Below are positions 9,201-21,589 of a stretch of DNA of 64,000 nt, piece by piece (the first letter of the stretch is position 1; each line of letters starts with the position of its first letter). The notes beneath the pieces are model-generated. The model ran no database searches. It had not been told where the DNA came from and saw nothing but the letters and a program-made list of their open reading frames with translations. Location of the stretch: positions 76,615 to 140,614 of the forward strand of contig JAISLA010000003.1 of assembly GCA_031260705.1 (NCBI GenBank), written 5' to 3'. Source of the stretch: Endomicrobium sp. Its GTDB lineage: Bacteria; Elusimicrobiota; Endomicrobiia; Endomicrobiales; Endomicrobiaceae. Made by a program: the position numbers and the translations under genes.

Positions 9201-12200
9201 GTGGAACATGAAATGTTCAGGGTAGGGTTTGACATAGGATCCACAACCGTTAAACTTTCAATACTCAACAAAAATAACAAACCTGTTTACTGTAACTATA
9301 AAAGACATCAGTCGGATTTATTAAATACAGTTATCAGTTTAATTGATGAAACTCCGGAAAAACTGAAAACTGCAAATCTTACAATTTGCGCAACGGGATC
9401 CGGCGCAATAGATTTATCGCAAAAAGCAAATATATATTTCGAGCAGGAAGTTATAACCTGCACAAAAGCCATAAAAACCTTTCTCCCGAAAGTCAATGTT
9501 GCAATAGAACTGGGCGGGGAAGACGCAAAAATCACATTTTTTGACAATGCTTCGACAGACCAGAGAATGAATGAAACGTGCGCCGGCGGCACAGGCGCTT
9601 TTATAGATCAAATGGCGCAAACGCTTAAGACCGATGCTGCAGGCATAAACAAACTTTCAAAAAACCATAAAACAATCTATCCGATAGCCGCAAGGTGCGG
9701 CGTTTTTGCAAAAACCGATATTATGCCGCTTTTGAACGAAGGAGCGGCAAAAGAAGATATAGCAGCAAGCGTTCTGCAGGCTGTCGTCAACCAAGTTATA
9801 GGCGGTTTGGCAAGAGGACGCACAATTAGAGGAAACGTATGTTTTCTCGGAGGACCGCTTTTCTTTTTATCAGAACTCCGCAACTTTTTTATTAAATCGT
9901 TAAAATTAAAACATGAAAACATATTTTTCCCCGATAACGCGCATTTCTTCGTGTCTTTCGGAGCGGCTTTGTTAAGCAGAGGCGATAAAATTACGCTAAA
10001 AAGTTTAAAAGAAAAATTTAAAAATCTTAAGGACAAACCTTCGCGCAGAACGTCGGAAGTTCTCTATCCCCTGTTTGCAAATGAAAAAGATTATGAAACG
10101 TTTATACGTCGCCATAACGAAACGTCCGCCGTTAAAGTTGAACTTAAAGATACCGAAGGGAATTTGTTTTTGGGAGTCGACGCGGGATCTACAACCATTA
10201 AGGCGGTTTTAATAAACAAAGATGAAGCGATAGCGTATTCTTATTACGGTTCAAACGACGGAAATCCCCTACAGTCTGCAGTAAACGTTTTAAAAAACAT
10301 TTATGAGGAACTTCCCTGCAGCGCACATATAGCTGGCGCATGTATTACCGGCTACGGCGAAGCATTGATAAAAGCCGCACTTAATTTTGATCATGGAGAA
10401 GTTGAAACAATAGCCCACTATAAGGCGGCATATCATTTTAATCCGAAAGTATCTTTTATCCTAGATATCGGCGGACAGGATATGAAATGTATATACATTA
10501 AAAACGGGCTTATTGATAAAATAGCTTTAAACGAAGCCTGCTCTTCAGGATGCGGATCTTTTATACAGAATTCCGCACAGTCGCTGAATTATGCGCTGCA
10601 GGATTTTGCACAGTTGGCTCTGTTTGCAAAAAAACCTGCGGATTTAGGCTCCAGATGCACGGTCTTTATGAACTCTAAAATAAAACAGGCGCAGAAAGAG
10701 GGCGCAAGCGCGGGTGATATTTCCGCAGGTCTCGATTACTCCATTATAAAAAACGCTTTGTATAAAGTCATAAAAATAAACAATCCCGAAGAACTCGGAG
10801 GATATATCGTTGTTCAGGGCGGCACATTTTTTAATAACGGTATTCTGCGAGCTGCTGAAATTCTTTTAAAAACTGAAGTTACTCGTCCCAACATTGCAGG
10901 ACTTATGGGAGCTTTCGGATCTGCAATCATCGCCCTGCAGAATAAAAAATCTTCAACTTCGCTTATATCTAAGGAAAAACTCGCAGGATTTGTATGTAAA
11001 ATGAGAAGTACGCGCTGTAAAGGCTGCGAAAATAAATGTCTGCTGAGCATAACTGTTTTCCCCAACGACAAAACCTTTATTTCCGGCAACAGATGCGAAA
11101 ACGTTTTAAAGAATAAAAAAGTACAGAGTTTCGCTTTTAATATGTTTGATTACAAATACAGACGCCTTTTTAGTTATTACAAGCCGCTCTCTTTGGAAAA
11201 GGCACCGCGAGGCGAACTCGGCATACCGCGCGTTTTAAATATGTACGAAAATTATCCTTTCTGGTTCGCCTTTTTTACAAAACTCGGCTTTAGAGTGGTT
11301 TTGTCAGATCAATCGTCGAACGTTTTATTCAACAGCGGACTTGGCACCATTTCATCACAAACCGTATGTTTTCCTGCAAAAATGGTTCACGGACATATAG
11401 AAAATCTTATTGAAAAAGGCGTTAAAATAATTTTTTATCCGTGTATACCGTACGAAGTGGAAGAATTTAAAGATGTTGCCAACCATTATAATTGTCCCAT
11501 AGTGGGAAGCTATCCTGAAGTTATACGTTTAAATATGAGCGTTTTAGAAGAAAAAGGAATAAAATTTCTTCAGCCTTTTCTGCCTTTTGACAATATTAGA
11601 AGACTTATATACAGACTCTCTGAGGAACTTAAAGATTTCAACATAACAAAAAAAGATTTAGTTTTTGCAATGCTTAGAGCGAGAGCAACTCTTAACCTGT
11701 TTAAAAAAGATATAAGAAAACGAGGGACAGTGCTTATAAGGGAAATTAAAGAAAATGGAAAACCGGCAGTTATTCTTGCGGGAAGGCCGTATCATATTGA
11801 CCCGGCGGTAAATCACGGCATTGCAGATTTAATTGCATCCTATAGAATAATAGTTTTAAGCGAAGATTCGGTGTCGCATTTGTCAGGACCGCTTCCAAAA
11901 ATTAATTTTATCGACCAATGGATGTATCATTCCCGACTCTACCGTGCCGCTAATCTTGCTACAAAAATAGACAGTCTGGAGCTTATACAACTCAATTCTT
12001 TCGGCTGCGGACTAGATGCGATTACAACGGAACAAACGGAAGAAATTCTTTCAAAATCAGGCAAAATTTATACTGTTCTAAAAATAGACGAAGGTTCTAA
12101 TCTGGGCGCGGTGAAGATACGCATACGTTCGTTGCTTGCCGCAATAAAAGAAAGAAAAGGATTAAAATTTAAAGATAATATTTTTGAAAGGACGAAGTTC

Positions 12201-13433
12201 TCAAAGTTTTCGGAATTTACAAAAGATATGAAAGATTCTCACACTATTTTATGTCCTCAGATGTCCCCCATACATTTCCGTCTCGCGGGTTCTGTTATGC
12301 GCAATTATGGAATAAAATTAGAAGTCCTGCCTGAAGTCAACAAGGCCGATATTGAAGAGGGATTAAGATACGTAAATAACGATGCGTGTTACCCGACGAT
12401 AGTCGTCGTTGGACAGCTTATAAACGCTTTAAAATCAGGCAGATACGATATAAATAAGACCGCAATGATAGTTTCTCAGACAGGCGGCGGTTGCAGAGCT
12501 ACAAATTACGCAAGTTTTTTAAGAAAAGCCGCAGAGAAAGCAGGCTTTAAAAATGTACCGATAATTTCTTTAAGCACTACGGATTCTTCGGTCAATAAAT
12601 CTCTGGGTATTTCTTTTTCAATGTTAAAAGACGCTCTGCTTGTGCTTCTTTACGGAGATTTGCTTATGCGACTGTCAAACCGCATGCGCCCTTATGAAGT
12701 TCATTCGGGACAGACGGATGCTTTAGTTGAAACATGGCTTATGAGACTTTCCGACAGAATAGGAAAAACATTGTACTTTGATTTCAAAAACATCGTGAAA
12801 AAAATTGTCAAAGATTTCGACGGAATAGCTACCAAAAAAGTAAAAAAACCGCGTGTCGGCGTCGTTGGAGAAATTTTAGTTAAATTTCATCCTTACGCAA
12901 ATAACAATCTGGTTTCAGCTTTGGAAAAAGAAGGAGCGGAAGCAGTGGTTCCAGACATGACGGATTTTATAAATTATTGTATACTTGACGATATATACAA
13001 ACATAAATATCTCTCCGGAAGTTTTAAAAACAAAGTTATGTCGCTTATTGCAAGCAGTTATGTAGAAAGGCTTCGTTCCATTATAAGAAAAGCCCTTAAA
13101 AAAAGTGAGCATTTTCATTCATACCAGACCACAAAAGATTTGGCACACAAAGCTTCCGATATTATTTCGGTATGTAATCAAACCGGCGAAGGCTGGCTGC
13201 TGACCGCTGAAATGTTAGAACTTATAGAAGACGGCGTAAAAAATATTGTCTGCGTACAGCCTTTCGGATGTCTACCAAACCATATTACAGGCAAAGGCGT
13301 TATGAAAGAACTTAAACGACGCTACAATGACATAAATATCATCTCTATTGACTATGATCCAGGTGCAAGTGAAGTCAATCAAATCAACAGAATTAAACTT
13401 TTAGTGAGCGTTGCCCACCAAAATATTAATTAG
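9201..13433 (+). CDS. CoA-substrate-specific enzyme activase (two BadF/BadG/BcrA/BcrD ATPase domains fused to 2-hydroxyacyl-CoA dehydratase-like domains)
   Basis: Two ASKHA motifs (GFDIGSTT, GVDAGSTT), ELGGED/DIGGQD, CAGGTG and CSSGCG Fe-S ligands, C-terminal QPFGCLPNH. Confidence 0.88.
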   Translation: MEHEMFRVGFDIGSTTVKLSILNKNNKPVYCNYKRHQSDLLNTVISLIDETPEKLKTANLTICATGSGAIDLSQKANIYFEQEVITCTKAIKTFLPKVNVAIELGGEDAKITFFDNASTDQRMNETCAGGTGAFIDQMAQTLKTDAAGINKLSKNHKTIYPIAARCGVFAKTDIMPLLNEGAAKEDIAASVLQAVVNQVIGGLARGRTIRGNVCFLGGPLFFLSELRNFFIKSLKLKHENIFFPDNAHFFVSFGAALLSRGDKITLKSLKEKFKNLKDKPSRRTSEVLYPLFANEKDYETFIRRHNETSAVKVELKDTEGNLFLGVDAGSTTIKAVLINKDEAIAYSYYGSNDGNPLQSAVNVLKNIYEELPCSAHIAGACITGYGEALIKAALNFDHGEVETIAHYKAAYHFNPKVSFILDIGGQDMKCIYIKNGLIDKIALNEACSSGCGSFIQNSAQSLNYALQDFAQLALFAKKPADLGSRCTVFMNSKIKQAQKEGASAGDISAGLDYSIIKNALYKVIKINNPEELGGYIVVQGGTFFNNGILRAAEILLKTEVTRPNIAGLMGAFGSAIIALQNKKSSTSLISKEKLAGFVCKMRSTRCKGCENKCLLSITVFPNDKTFISGNRCENVLKNKKVQSFAFNMFDYKYRRLFSYYKPLSLEKAPRGELGIPRVLNMYENYPFWFAFFTKLGFRVVLSDQSSNVLFNSGLGTISSQTVCFPAKMVHGHIENLIEKGVKIIFYPCIPYEVEEFKDVANHYNCPIVGSYPEVIRLNMSVLEEKGIKFLQPFLPFDNIRRLIYRLSEELKDFNITKKDLVFAMLRARATLNLFKKDIRKRGTVLIREIKENGKPAVILAGRPYHIDPAVNHGIADLIASYRIIVLSEDSVSHLSGPLPKINFIDQWMYHSRLYRAANLATKIDSLELIQLNSFGCGLDAITTEQTEEILSKSGKIYTVLKIDEGSNLGAVKIRIRSLLAAIKERKGLKFKDNIFERTKFSKFSEFTKDMKDSHTILCPQMSPIHFRLAGSVMRNYGIKLEVLPEVNKADIEEGLRYVNNDACYPTIVVVGQLINALKSGRYDINKTAMIVSQTGGGCRATNYASFLRKAAEKAGFKNVPIISLSTTDSSVNKSLGISFSMLKDALLVLLYGDLLMRLSNRMRPYEVHSGQTDALVETWLMRLSDRIGKTLYFDFKNIVKKIVKDFDGIATKKVKKPRVGVVGEILVKFHPYANNNLVSALEKEGAEAVVPDMTDFINYCILDDIYKHKYLSGSFKNKVMSLIASSYVERLRSIIRKALKKSEHFHSYQTTKDLAHKASDIISVCNQTGEGWLLTAEMLELIEDGVKNIVCVQPFGCLPNHITGKGVMKELKRRYNDINIISIDYDPGASEVNQINRIKLLVSVAHQNIN

Positions 13434-13469
13434 ACATTTTGTCTTATTTCTGTTAATCCGAGGCGTATA

Positions 13470-15877
13470 AAATTATAAAGAACTTCTTAGCTAGGAATTT
13501 TTCCAGCCTTTGTTCATAGAATCAAATTCTTTTTTGATTTTTTCAGTTTTTTTCTGATATTCTAAAGCTTCTTTTGCTTTATTTTCATAATCTTTATAAG
13601 AATAGTAAAGATCTCTCCGGCATTCTCTTTCAACATCAACAATTTATTTGCTCCGTAAATACTACCTCTTCTTTCTATTATTGTTAATAACTCCAAATTC
13701 TGGATAGTTATCTATATCCATCTTTTTTTTTGCAATATTATATTAATATTTTTATCTACTATTTTATTTGCGGCATTTCTAAAAGCAATTGCCTTAGTCA
13801 TTAGCTCTATAAAAGATTTTGGGTTAGTAATCTGCAACAGCTTCCAATTCAAAATTTCTCGCTTGTTCGCGCAACTCAGCAATAGTATCTCTGACAGCTC
13901 TGAAATTCATAATTCTTTCTTGTCTTTCTTTTATATTTAATTTTTTGGATTTTAGAACCGCTATCTTAACTAAGTAGCTGTATTCCATATCCTTTATCTC
14001 ATCTAAGTGCTTAGATTTTTGTGATTCTATCTCTTTTTCTTGTCGGGCTTTTAGAGCTCAGCTTCCACAGTTCAGTTTTTAGATCATTTGCCTCTTGCTC
14101 GCGTTGCTTGCAATTTAAATACACTGTCTCTTGTTTATATTTGAACTTATATCTGTTATCCTTTTTGCGTATTTATCTGCGAAAAGTTTTGCCTTTTTTC
14201 ATCTTTTATTATATCTTTTTTCTCTTCTGCGTGGTCGGCTGCGAGATCTGCTTTCTCTTGCTCATGATGGGATTTTAGAACCGCTTTACCTTTTGTGTAC
14301 TTGTCTTCCAGAACTTCTTTAACCTTTACGTACCTGCCCTTCAGAGTCTATTCTTCCTTTGCATGCTTATTTTTCAGAGACTCTATTTCCGACAGTTGGA
14401 CTTTTAGAGCTGCTTCATCGGCTGCGTGTTTATTTTCTAGATCCCTTTTATTTCCTGGGAGCTGGTGTTTATAACTGCTAGTTTTTTCTGTTCATTTCTT
14501 ATAAATGCTATGTCCTTAAATTCAGATTTCTGAAATCTTGTCGTTCCCAGTCCAGCTCTTAAAACTTTTTCATCTATCGTACATCTGGTTTCTAGACATT
14601 TTGTGAACGCGGATTTTACGGCTTCTAGCTTTTTGGGATATTCTTGGTATCCGGATTGTAGCATAAGCAGGTTCCAGGAAATCAGATCTTCCAGATTTTT
14701 CTCTGCATTTTTTAGAGCGTTTTCAAGCTCTGCTTGTTTGACTTTCAGATTTTTTACATTCCTCAGCCAACAGAAGTATTAACTCTTCTTGATAAGTCGA
14801 TTTTAAAAGAGATGCCTTGTTACATTCAGCTTTTATATTTCTTCTTTTTTTCAGTTCGTCTCCCATAGCTTTCAGCTCTCCCACACTGAAACCGAAGAAG
14901 ATTTTCAGATATGACGATTTACAGGCGGCTTGTCTTTTTTTTATCATTTCTTCCGCTTTATTATCCGCTTCAATCATTTCTTTTGCAGCCGCATTCTCCT
15001 CCATTTTTTTATCACCGAATTCTCTTTTACAATTTCATTTGCGACATCCCTCAGAGCCTTTGCTTCCTTTTTAGTCTTATAGAGTAGTTTAAGTCAGTTC
15101 CTATGGCAGATTACAGCTCAATAACTTCAGCTTGTTTACGCAATTCAATAACGGTATCTCTGGCAGCTCTTAACTCTGCCTTATTAAGATTAAGTTTATT
15201 TTCTGTCTTTTTTGAAACTTCTAATTCGGCGTTCAGATTTTCTACTCCGTAAACAGCTCTTCTTTTGTCTCTTATATCTTTTGCTTTGTTATACGCTTCT
15301 TCTTTATAAGCGCTTTCAGCCCTCTTATTACCTAAATTTATATCATCGTATAATTGATACAACAATTTTGATAGTTGATTTGAGGAATCATAAGCTGCCG
15401 TACAAAAATTTTCTTTCTCCTTCTGTCCAGTGCAGTTGTCCAGCTTTACAACATCAAAAAATTTCAAAGAATCTATGGCTTTTCCTAAAAGGTCTAATTT
15501 GAATCCTGCCATAATAGAGAAAAGCGTCTCTATTAAAAAATGTCTGCTATCAAAATTACTGCTCTTTCCATATCTTAAAATTACATGGCTGGCATGGCTG
15601 ACTTCTTTCAGATGGTCATTCATTAAAATATCGAAATCTTTAATGGAGTTAATTTCTACTTCTTTGAGATTTATTTTCCAAATCGTAGTACGCATCATTT
15701 TTTAGAGCGGTTAATTCATCAAATTTACTCTTTGCATCATTAAATTCCGCAGTTTTTGCAGAGATAACAGTCATATAATCGGAAGCACTATTATATAAAG
15801 CCTTATTTATTATATTGATTTTTATTACAACCAAATAAAATCGTTATGATAAGAACTGCAGCAATCATCTTTTTCAT
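13470..15877 (-). pseudogene. Large coiled-coil lipoprotein gene broken by many frameshifts and stops (3' end approximate)
   Basis: ATG at 15877 after a GGAG RBS gives MKKMIAAVLIITILFGC (lipobox). Serial K/E/A-rich fragments lie at 15649-15834, 15111-15698, 14723-15004 and 14437-14664. Confidence 0.65.
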
Positions 15878-16108
15878 TTATGCACTATCTCTCCCTATAA
15901 TCAATTATTATACTATTTAAAACTTTAGATTAAATTCATTATTCTATTGATATTAATTTCCGTTTACTTTCAATATGATAAACAAGAAGTCGAACTATAC
16001 TTCAATATTACAGGTATTCCCCCCCCCTCTCACGTGAATTAACCGTTAATTCTTTGCTATAATGTAACGTAAAACCTTTCAAAATTAAAATTTTTTACTG
16101 GAGTTATT

Positions 16109-17521
16109 ATGAAACAGCCTCAAGAAAGCAATTTGAAACGCAACCTTAAAAACCGTCACATTCAGTTTATTGTAATCGGCGGCGCCATCGGGACAGGTCT
16201 ATTTCTAGGAACAGGAAGCGCAATTTTTGCGGCAGGTCCCGCGGTTATTCTGGGATACTTGATTGCCGGGATTTCAATTTTCTTAACTATGCGACAGCTT
16301 GGCGAAATGGAAACAGAAGAGCCTATGACGGGATCTTTTAGCTATTTCGCTTATAAATATTGGGGAAATTTTCCGGGATTTTTATCAGGATGGAACTACT
16401 GGATTCAATATGTTCTTGTCGGTATAGCGGAACTGACCGCTGTAGCAGCATACGCTCAGTATTGGTTTCCGACATTGGCAACATGGAAAATAGCTTTATT
16501 CTTTTTTATACTTATAAATGCAATAAATTTGACCGCAGTAAAGGCTTACGCTGAAATAGAATTTTGGTTTTCAATTATAAAAGTAACTGCAATCTGCGCT
16601 ATGATTCTGGCAGGTGGATACATATTAATTATAAATCCCAGTTTAGTTGACGGCGCAACCATTAAAAACTTATGGATGGCGGCAACTATCGGTGAACACG
16701 CAGGCGATCCTGCTTTAAGTGGATTTTTTCCGCACGGTATTATCGGACTTTTGACGGCTATTCCAATAATAACTTTTGCTTTTGGCGGACTGGAACTCAT
16801 AGGAATTACGGCCGCAGAAACTGCCGATCCCCAAAAAACTATTCCTAAAGCCGTAAACCAAGTGGTATTTCGTATTTTAGCCTTTTATATTGGCTCCATT
16901 ATTGTGCTTTTATCGCTCTATCACTGGAGCAATCTGCACACGATTGACAGTCCTTTTGTAATGATATTTGACAATATAGGTTTTAAACATGCCGCATGGG
17001 CTCTTAATTTCGTAATTTTAACCGCTGCATTATCAGTTTATAACAGTTGTATTTACAGCAACAGCCGCACGCTTTACGGACTTGCTCTGCAAAATAACGC
17101 TCCGCAGATTTTTGCAAAAACAACTAAAAAAGGCGTGCCTGCCGCTGCACAGATGCTATCTGGCGTCTTGACTTTTTTAGTAGTTCCGTTAAACTATTTT
17201 ATGCCAAATTGGTTTGATGCCTTTCAAACAGTTATAAGCTTTGTGGTTGTTTGCATTCTTATTAACTGGAGTCTGATTGCAATGTCTCACATAAAGTTTA
17301 AAAAACAAAAAAGTCTTGAAAATCACAAAACTTTGTTCCCATCGCCTCTCTATCCTTACACAAATTATTTGACATTCGCATTTATCCTTTTCATCTTGAT
17401 TGTTATGGCAATACTGCAGCCCGGAATGATCAGACAGACTGTCGCAGTACCCCTCTGGATACTGATTGTTTATGCATTGTACAGAATATCCGAAATGAAA
17501 AAAATTAAAAATAACAAATAA
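16109..17521 (+). CDS. APC-family amino acid permease (AroP/PheP/ProY-like)
   Basis: LKNRHIQF..IGGAIGTGLFLG, GSFS.FA, FAFGGLELIGITAAE, about 12 TM segments. Confidence 0.92.
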   Translation: MKQPQESNLKRNLKNRHIQFIVIGGAIGTGLFLGTGSAIFAAGPAVILGYLIAGISIFLTMRQLGEMETEEPMTGSFSYFAYKYWGNFPGFLSGWNYWIQYVLVGIAELTAVAAYAQYWFPTLATWKIALFFFILINAINLTAVKAYAEIEFWFSIIKVTAICAMILAGGYILIINPSLVDGATIKNLWMAATIGEHAGDPALSGFFPHGIIGLLTAIPIITFAFGGLELIGITAAETADPQKTIPKAVNQVVFRILAFYIGSIIVLLSLYHWSNLHTIDSPFVMIFDNIGFKHAAWALNFVILTAALSVYNSCIYSNSRTLYGLALQNNAPQIFAKTTKKGVPAAAQMLSGVLTFLVVPLNYFMPNWFDAFQTVISFVVVCILINWSLIAMSHIKFKKQKSLENHKTLFPSPLYPYTNYLTFAFILFILIVMAILQPGMIRQTVAVPLWILIVYALYRISEMKKIKNNK

Positions 17522-17934
17522 AATTGCGCTCTATGCGTTATTTTCAAAAATACCAGTTTTTACACAAATTTTTATGTTATATATTACTATAATCCAGCTA
17601 TAAGAATTGTTGTTGATTGTTCTTATCCTACTGCTGACGAATTTAATTATGATGAGAGTAAATCTTTCGACGAAAATTTTGCCAATATGCCTGATTATTT
17701 GCAGGACGGATATGATAATTTCTGATAGTCCTCCTGCTGTTGTTAATGCTCCCGAAGTTTTGCTGAGGTTAAAGCTGAAATGGATAAAGCTTACTATAAT
17801 GCTTTTGGTTTTAGCTGGCGCTCTTGCTGTCGGTGCATATCGTGCGGCTGTTGTTGGAGTTAATTTTTTTCGTAGAAGCTTTCATTCTTTAAGGAATGCG
17901 CATTATGAATTTATGGGTATTCAATATTATCAAG

Positions 17935-18420
17935 GTTAAGGTAAATGATAATTTGTTTGTTAGTTTAAATATCGAACAGTCTAAAGCTGTTCGATATATT
18001 AATGGTTCGTTGATTGTTTTTGCTAGTGCTGGCACTGGCAAAACTGTTGCTGTTCTTAAGAGTTTGTATAAAAAACTATTCATAGATTTTGTTTCTACTG
18101 GTTTGCAGATTTATCGTGATAAATCAAGTTTATTTGCGTTTAATGTTGCTACTCTTTATCAACAAAATTTATTATGCGCGAATGTTTTCAAGAATTTGGA
18201 TTAACGATTGATAAGACTTCTGTTGATAAAGTATTATCGACGATATTTCTCTTTGCCGTGATAATTTGAAGTATCCTTGCGATTGTATATCTATGCCTGT
18301 CGCGGTGTGTCTAAGTCTAAGATTAATAAAATTAATTTAAGCGTTCTTTATGAACGTTATGAAGCTAAGCTTGTTTCGCAGAACTTGATTTGAGTTTGGT
18401 GGAGTTATTGTGCCTTTGGT
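17935..18420 (+). pseudogene. UvrD/Rep/PcrA helicase remnant
   Basis: SLNIEQSKAV...GSLIVFASAGTGKT (Q motif plus Walker A), then LYERYEAKLVSQNLI* further on; large deletions and stops. Confidence 0.7.
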
Positions 18421-18649
18421 TGGATACATTTCAGGGTAATATAAATGCCACCTTGTTTTTTTGTGACAATTTTTATCGCCGATAGTTTTCAGCTTTCGGT
18501 TGTTTCATCGGTCTATTCCAATTTGTTTTAAATTCTTACAGATTCATATTTTCCAATTTTTAGCATACTAGCGATTTTATATCAAAACACTTTCTCTTTC
18601 CGTGTCTTCTTATATTTTGAACATTTTTTTCTCCATTCTTTACTGCTTA

Positions 18650-21199
18650 TCAATCTTCTTTTTCAACTTTCTCTACAGCATCCTGCAGTTCTTCGCCATT
18701 TTCAGCTTTCACCACACAGGCGATTGCCGCCACTTTGTCTCCGTCATCAAGCCGCACCAGACGCACGCCCTGCGTCTTCCTGCCTATAACAGAAATACTG
18801 TTTACTCTAAGTCTTATCGTTATGCCGTTTTGGGTTATTATCATTACCTCTTCATTGTCATTTGCTTTTTTAATGCCTACAATATTTCCGTTTCTTTCTG
18901 TCGCCTTCATATTTATAACGCCACGTCCTGCCTTTCTCTGCAGACGATGTCCCGCTCTTTTCTTCAGATGATACTTGCCTACTTTTGTTCTTTTGCCATA
19001 ACCGTTTTCGGAGATCGAAAGGAAAATATCGTCAGGGGAAAAAACTTCCATGCCTATAACTTCGTCGCCTTTCTCAAGCCTTATCCCCTTTACGCCCTGA
19101 CCGGTTCTACCTATCGCTCTTATATCACTCTCTTTAAATCTAATAGCATTGCCTTTTTTTGTAGCTATTATAATTTCGGGGTTATTATTTATCGCTTTTA
19201 CTTCCGTTAAAATATCGCCGTCTTCAAGTTTAATCGCTATTATGCCGCGTTTTATCGGGTTTATAAACTTGTCAAGCGCAATTTTCTTGATTGTACCGTT
19301 TCTCGTGCACATCAGCAGATATTCGTCTTTAATATCTTCAGGATTAAAAGATCTTATCGGAATCGCCGAGGTAATTTTCTCTTCTGCTCCCTGCAGCTGT
19401 AAGAGATTTACTATAGCTTTTCCTTTTGACGTTCTTGCTCCTTCCGGAATTTCGTAAACTCTCATCCAGTACAATCTTCCGCGCGTTGTAAAGAACAGCA
19501 TATATGAATGAGAACTTGTAATAAATAAGTTCTCGACAAAATCTTCTTCTTTTGTGTTCATCGCAGTTATTCCGCGTCCGCCTCTGTGCTGTGTTTTGTA
19601 AGTGTCAAGCGATATGCGTTTAATATACCCGACATGCGACATTGTCACCGCAACTTCCTCTTCTTGAATTAAATCTTCAATATTGAAATCAGCTTCGGCG
19701 GTTTGAATTTGAGTTCTTCTTTTATCGCCGTACTTTCTCTTTATATCAAGGACTTCATTTTTAATTATATCCAAAACCATCCTAGTGTCCGACAGTATAG
19801 AACGAAGTTTCTCGATAAGTTTTATTACCTCTAAATATTCATCATCGATCTCTTTTCTCTTTAGTCCGGTCAGCTGACGAATTTTCATTTCTAAAATAGC
19901 TTCAGTCTGAATTTTAGTTAAGCGGAATTTTGACATCAAACTTACACGCGCATTATCCTCATCGGCAGATTCTTTTATAATTTTGATAACAGCATCAATA
20001 TTGTCAATCGCTATTTTTAATCCTTCTAAAATATGCGATCTTGCTTCGGCTTTCTGTAAGTCAAATTTTGTTCTTCTTACAATAATAACTTTTCTGTGTT
20101 CAATGTGATGTATTAAAATTTCTTTAACATTCATCACTTTAGGTCTATTGTTTACAAGCGCAAGCATTATAACACCGAAAGACGACTGCATCTGGGTGTG
20201 TTTGTACAACTGGTTTAAAACAACCTGCGTATTTGCATCCCTTTTAATTTCAATGACTATTCTTATACCGTCGCGGTCAGATTCATCGCGTAAATCTGCA
20301 ATGCCGTCAATCTTTTTATCTTTTACCAAACCAGCAATGGAAGTTATAAGATTTGCTTTATTTACCTGATAAGGAATTTCATTTACTATAATGGCTTCTC
20401 TGCCGCTTTTAACTTCTTCTATTTCGGTTTTGGCTCTGATTTTTACTGAACCTCTGCCTTTTTCCATATAGTCTTTAATGCCGCTCTTTCCTAAAATTAT
20501 TGCGCCTGTCGGAAAGTCAGGTCCCTTAATATATTTTGCAATTTCTGAAACTGAAAGCTCTTCATCGTCAATCAAAGCTGCCAACGCATCGCTGACTTCT
20601 ACTATATTATGGGCAGGAATATTTGTAGCCATACCTACGGCAATACCTGCAGAACCGTTAATCAAAAGACTGGGAAGCTTTGTGGGAAGTACCGCAGGTT
20701 CTTTTAAAGAACCGTCATAGTTAGGAATAAAATCAACAGTATTTTTATCTAAATCTACAAGCATTTCATCGGTAATCACATCCATTCTCACTTCGGTATA
20801 ACGCATAGCAGCGGCAAAATCGCCGTCTATGCTTCCGAAGTTTCCCTGACCGTCAATCATCGGATACCTTAAAGAGAAATCCTGCACCATTCTGACCATG
20901 GCACCATAAACTGCAGAATCGCCGTGAGGATGGTATTTACCCAGCACATCTCCGACGATCCTCGCTGACTTTTTATATGCGGTATTATGCTTTAACCCCA
21001 TTTCTTTCATCGCATAAAGTATTCTTCTGTGAACCGGCTTCAAGCCATCACGCACGTCAGGCAACGCTCTTCCGACAATTACGCTCATAGCGTAATCAAT
21101 GTAAGAGTTTTTCATTTCATCTTCAATGTTTCGCGGAATAATGCTTACCGGCAATATTTCCTGTTCATCTTTTATGTTCTTTTCCTTTGGCATTTCCAA
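18650..21199 (-). CDS. gyrA: DNA gyrase subunit A
   Basis: [29 protein letters not shown], GyrA-box QHRGGRG. Confidence 0.98.
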   Translation of the reverse strand: MEMPKEKNIKDEQEILPVSIIPRNIEDEMKNSYIDYAMSVIVGRALPDVRDGLKPVHRRILYAMKEMGLKHNTAYKKSARIVGDVLGKYHPHGDSAVYGAMVRMVQDFSLRYPMIDGQGNFGSIDGDFAAAMRYTEVRMDVITDEMLVDLDKNTVDFIPNYDGSLKEPAVLPTKLPSLLINGSAGIAVGMATNIPAHNIVEVSDALAALIDDEELSVSEIAKYIKGPDFPTGAIILGKSGIKDYMEKGRGSVKIRAKTEIEEVKSGREAIIVNEIPYQVNKANLITSIAGLVKDKKIDGIADLRDESDRDGIRIVIEIKRDANTQVVLNQLYKHTQMQSSFGVIMLALVNNRPKVMNVKEILIHHIEHRKVIIVRRTKFDLQKAEARSHILEGLKIAIDNIDAVIKIIKESADEDNARVSLMSKFRLTKIQTEAILEMKIRQLTGLKRKEIDDEYLEVIKLIEKLRSILSDTRMVLDIIKNEVLDIKRKYGDKRRTQIQTAEADFNIEDLIQEEEVAVTMSHVGYIKRISLDTYKTQHRGGRGITAMNTKEEDFVENLFITSSHSYMLFFTTRGRLYWMRVYEIPEGARTSKGKAIVNLLQLQGAEEKITSAIPIRSFNPEDIKDEYLLMCTRNGTIKKIALDKFINPIKRGIIAIKLEDGDILTEVKAINNNPEIIIATKKGNAIRFKESDIRAIGRTGQGVKGIRLEKGDEVIGMEVFSPDDIFLSISENGYGKRTKVGKYHLKKRAGHRLQRKAGRGVINMKATERNGNIVGIKKANDNEEVMIITQNGITIRLRVNSISVIGRKTQGVRLVRLDDGDKVAAIACVVKAENGEELQDAVEKVEKED

Positions 21200-21589
21200 C
21201 CTCTTATTTACATTCCTGAATTATGGAATCTGTTTTATTTGCTATACTTTCTTTTTATATCCGACTTATGTTTAAGATTCTATTTTATATCTTTTACCGT
21301 TATCTCTTAACTGCAAAGAAAAAGACATCATTATACAGCTTTCCTTCCTGCAATCTGATATTACTTCAATTATTCTCTATCCCTTAAAGGAACGGAGACA
21401 ATACTTTGACATCCCTTTCTATCTTGAAAAATAAAAGGCTGGATATTTCGGGGACAACGTTCTCTTCAATATGACAGATGAAAAAAGCTAAAGTTTCCAT
21501 CCCACCTGCTATAACATCTTTTCTATGTATTTATCCTCATCAGCATCAAATTTAAATTTCTTATTTTTTCAGGAATAACGGTAAAAGCA

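Noticed and set aside
17700-17890. Inovirus major-coat-like hydrophobic peptide
   Set aside because: No accompanying Zot/pI or replication gene, and T-rich DNA yields hydrophobic frames by chance.
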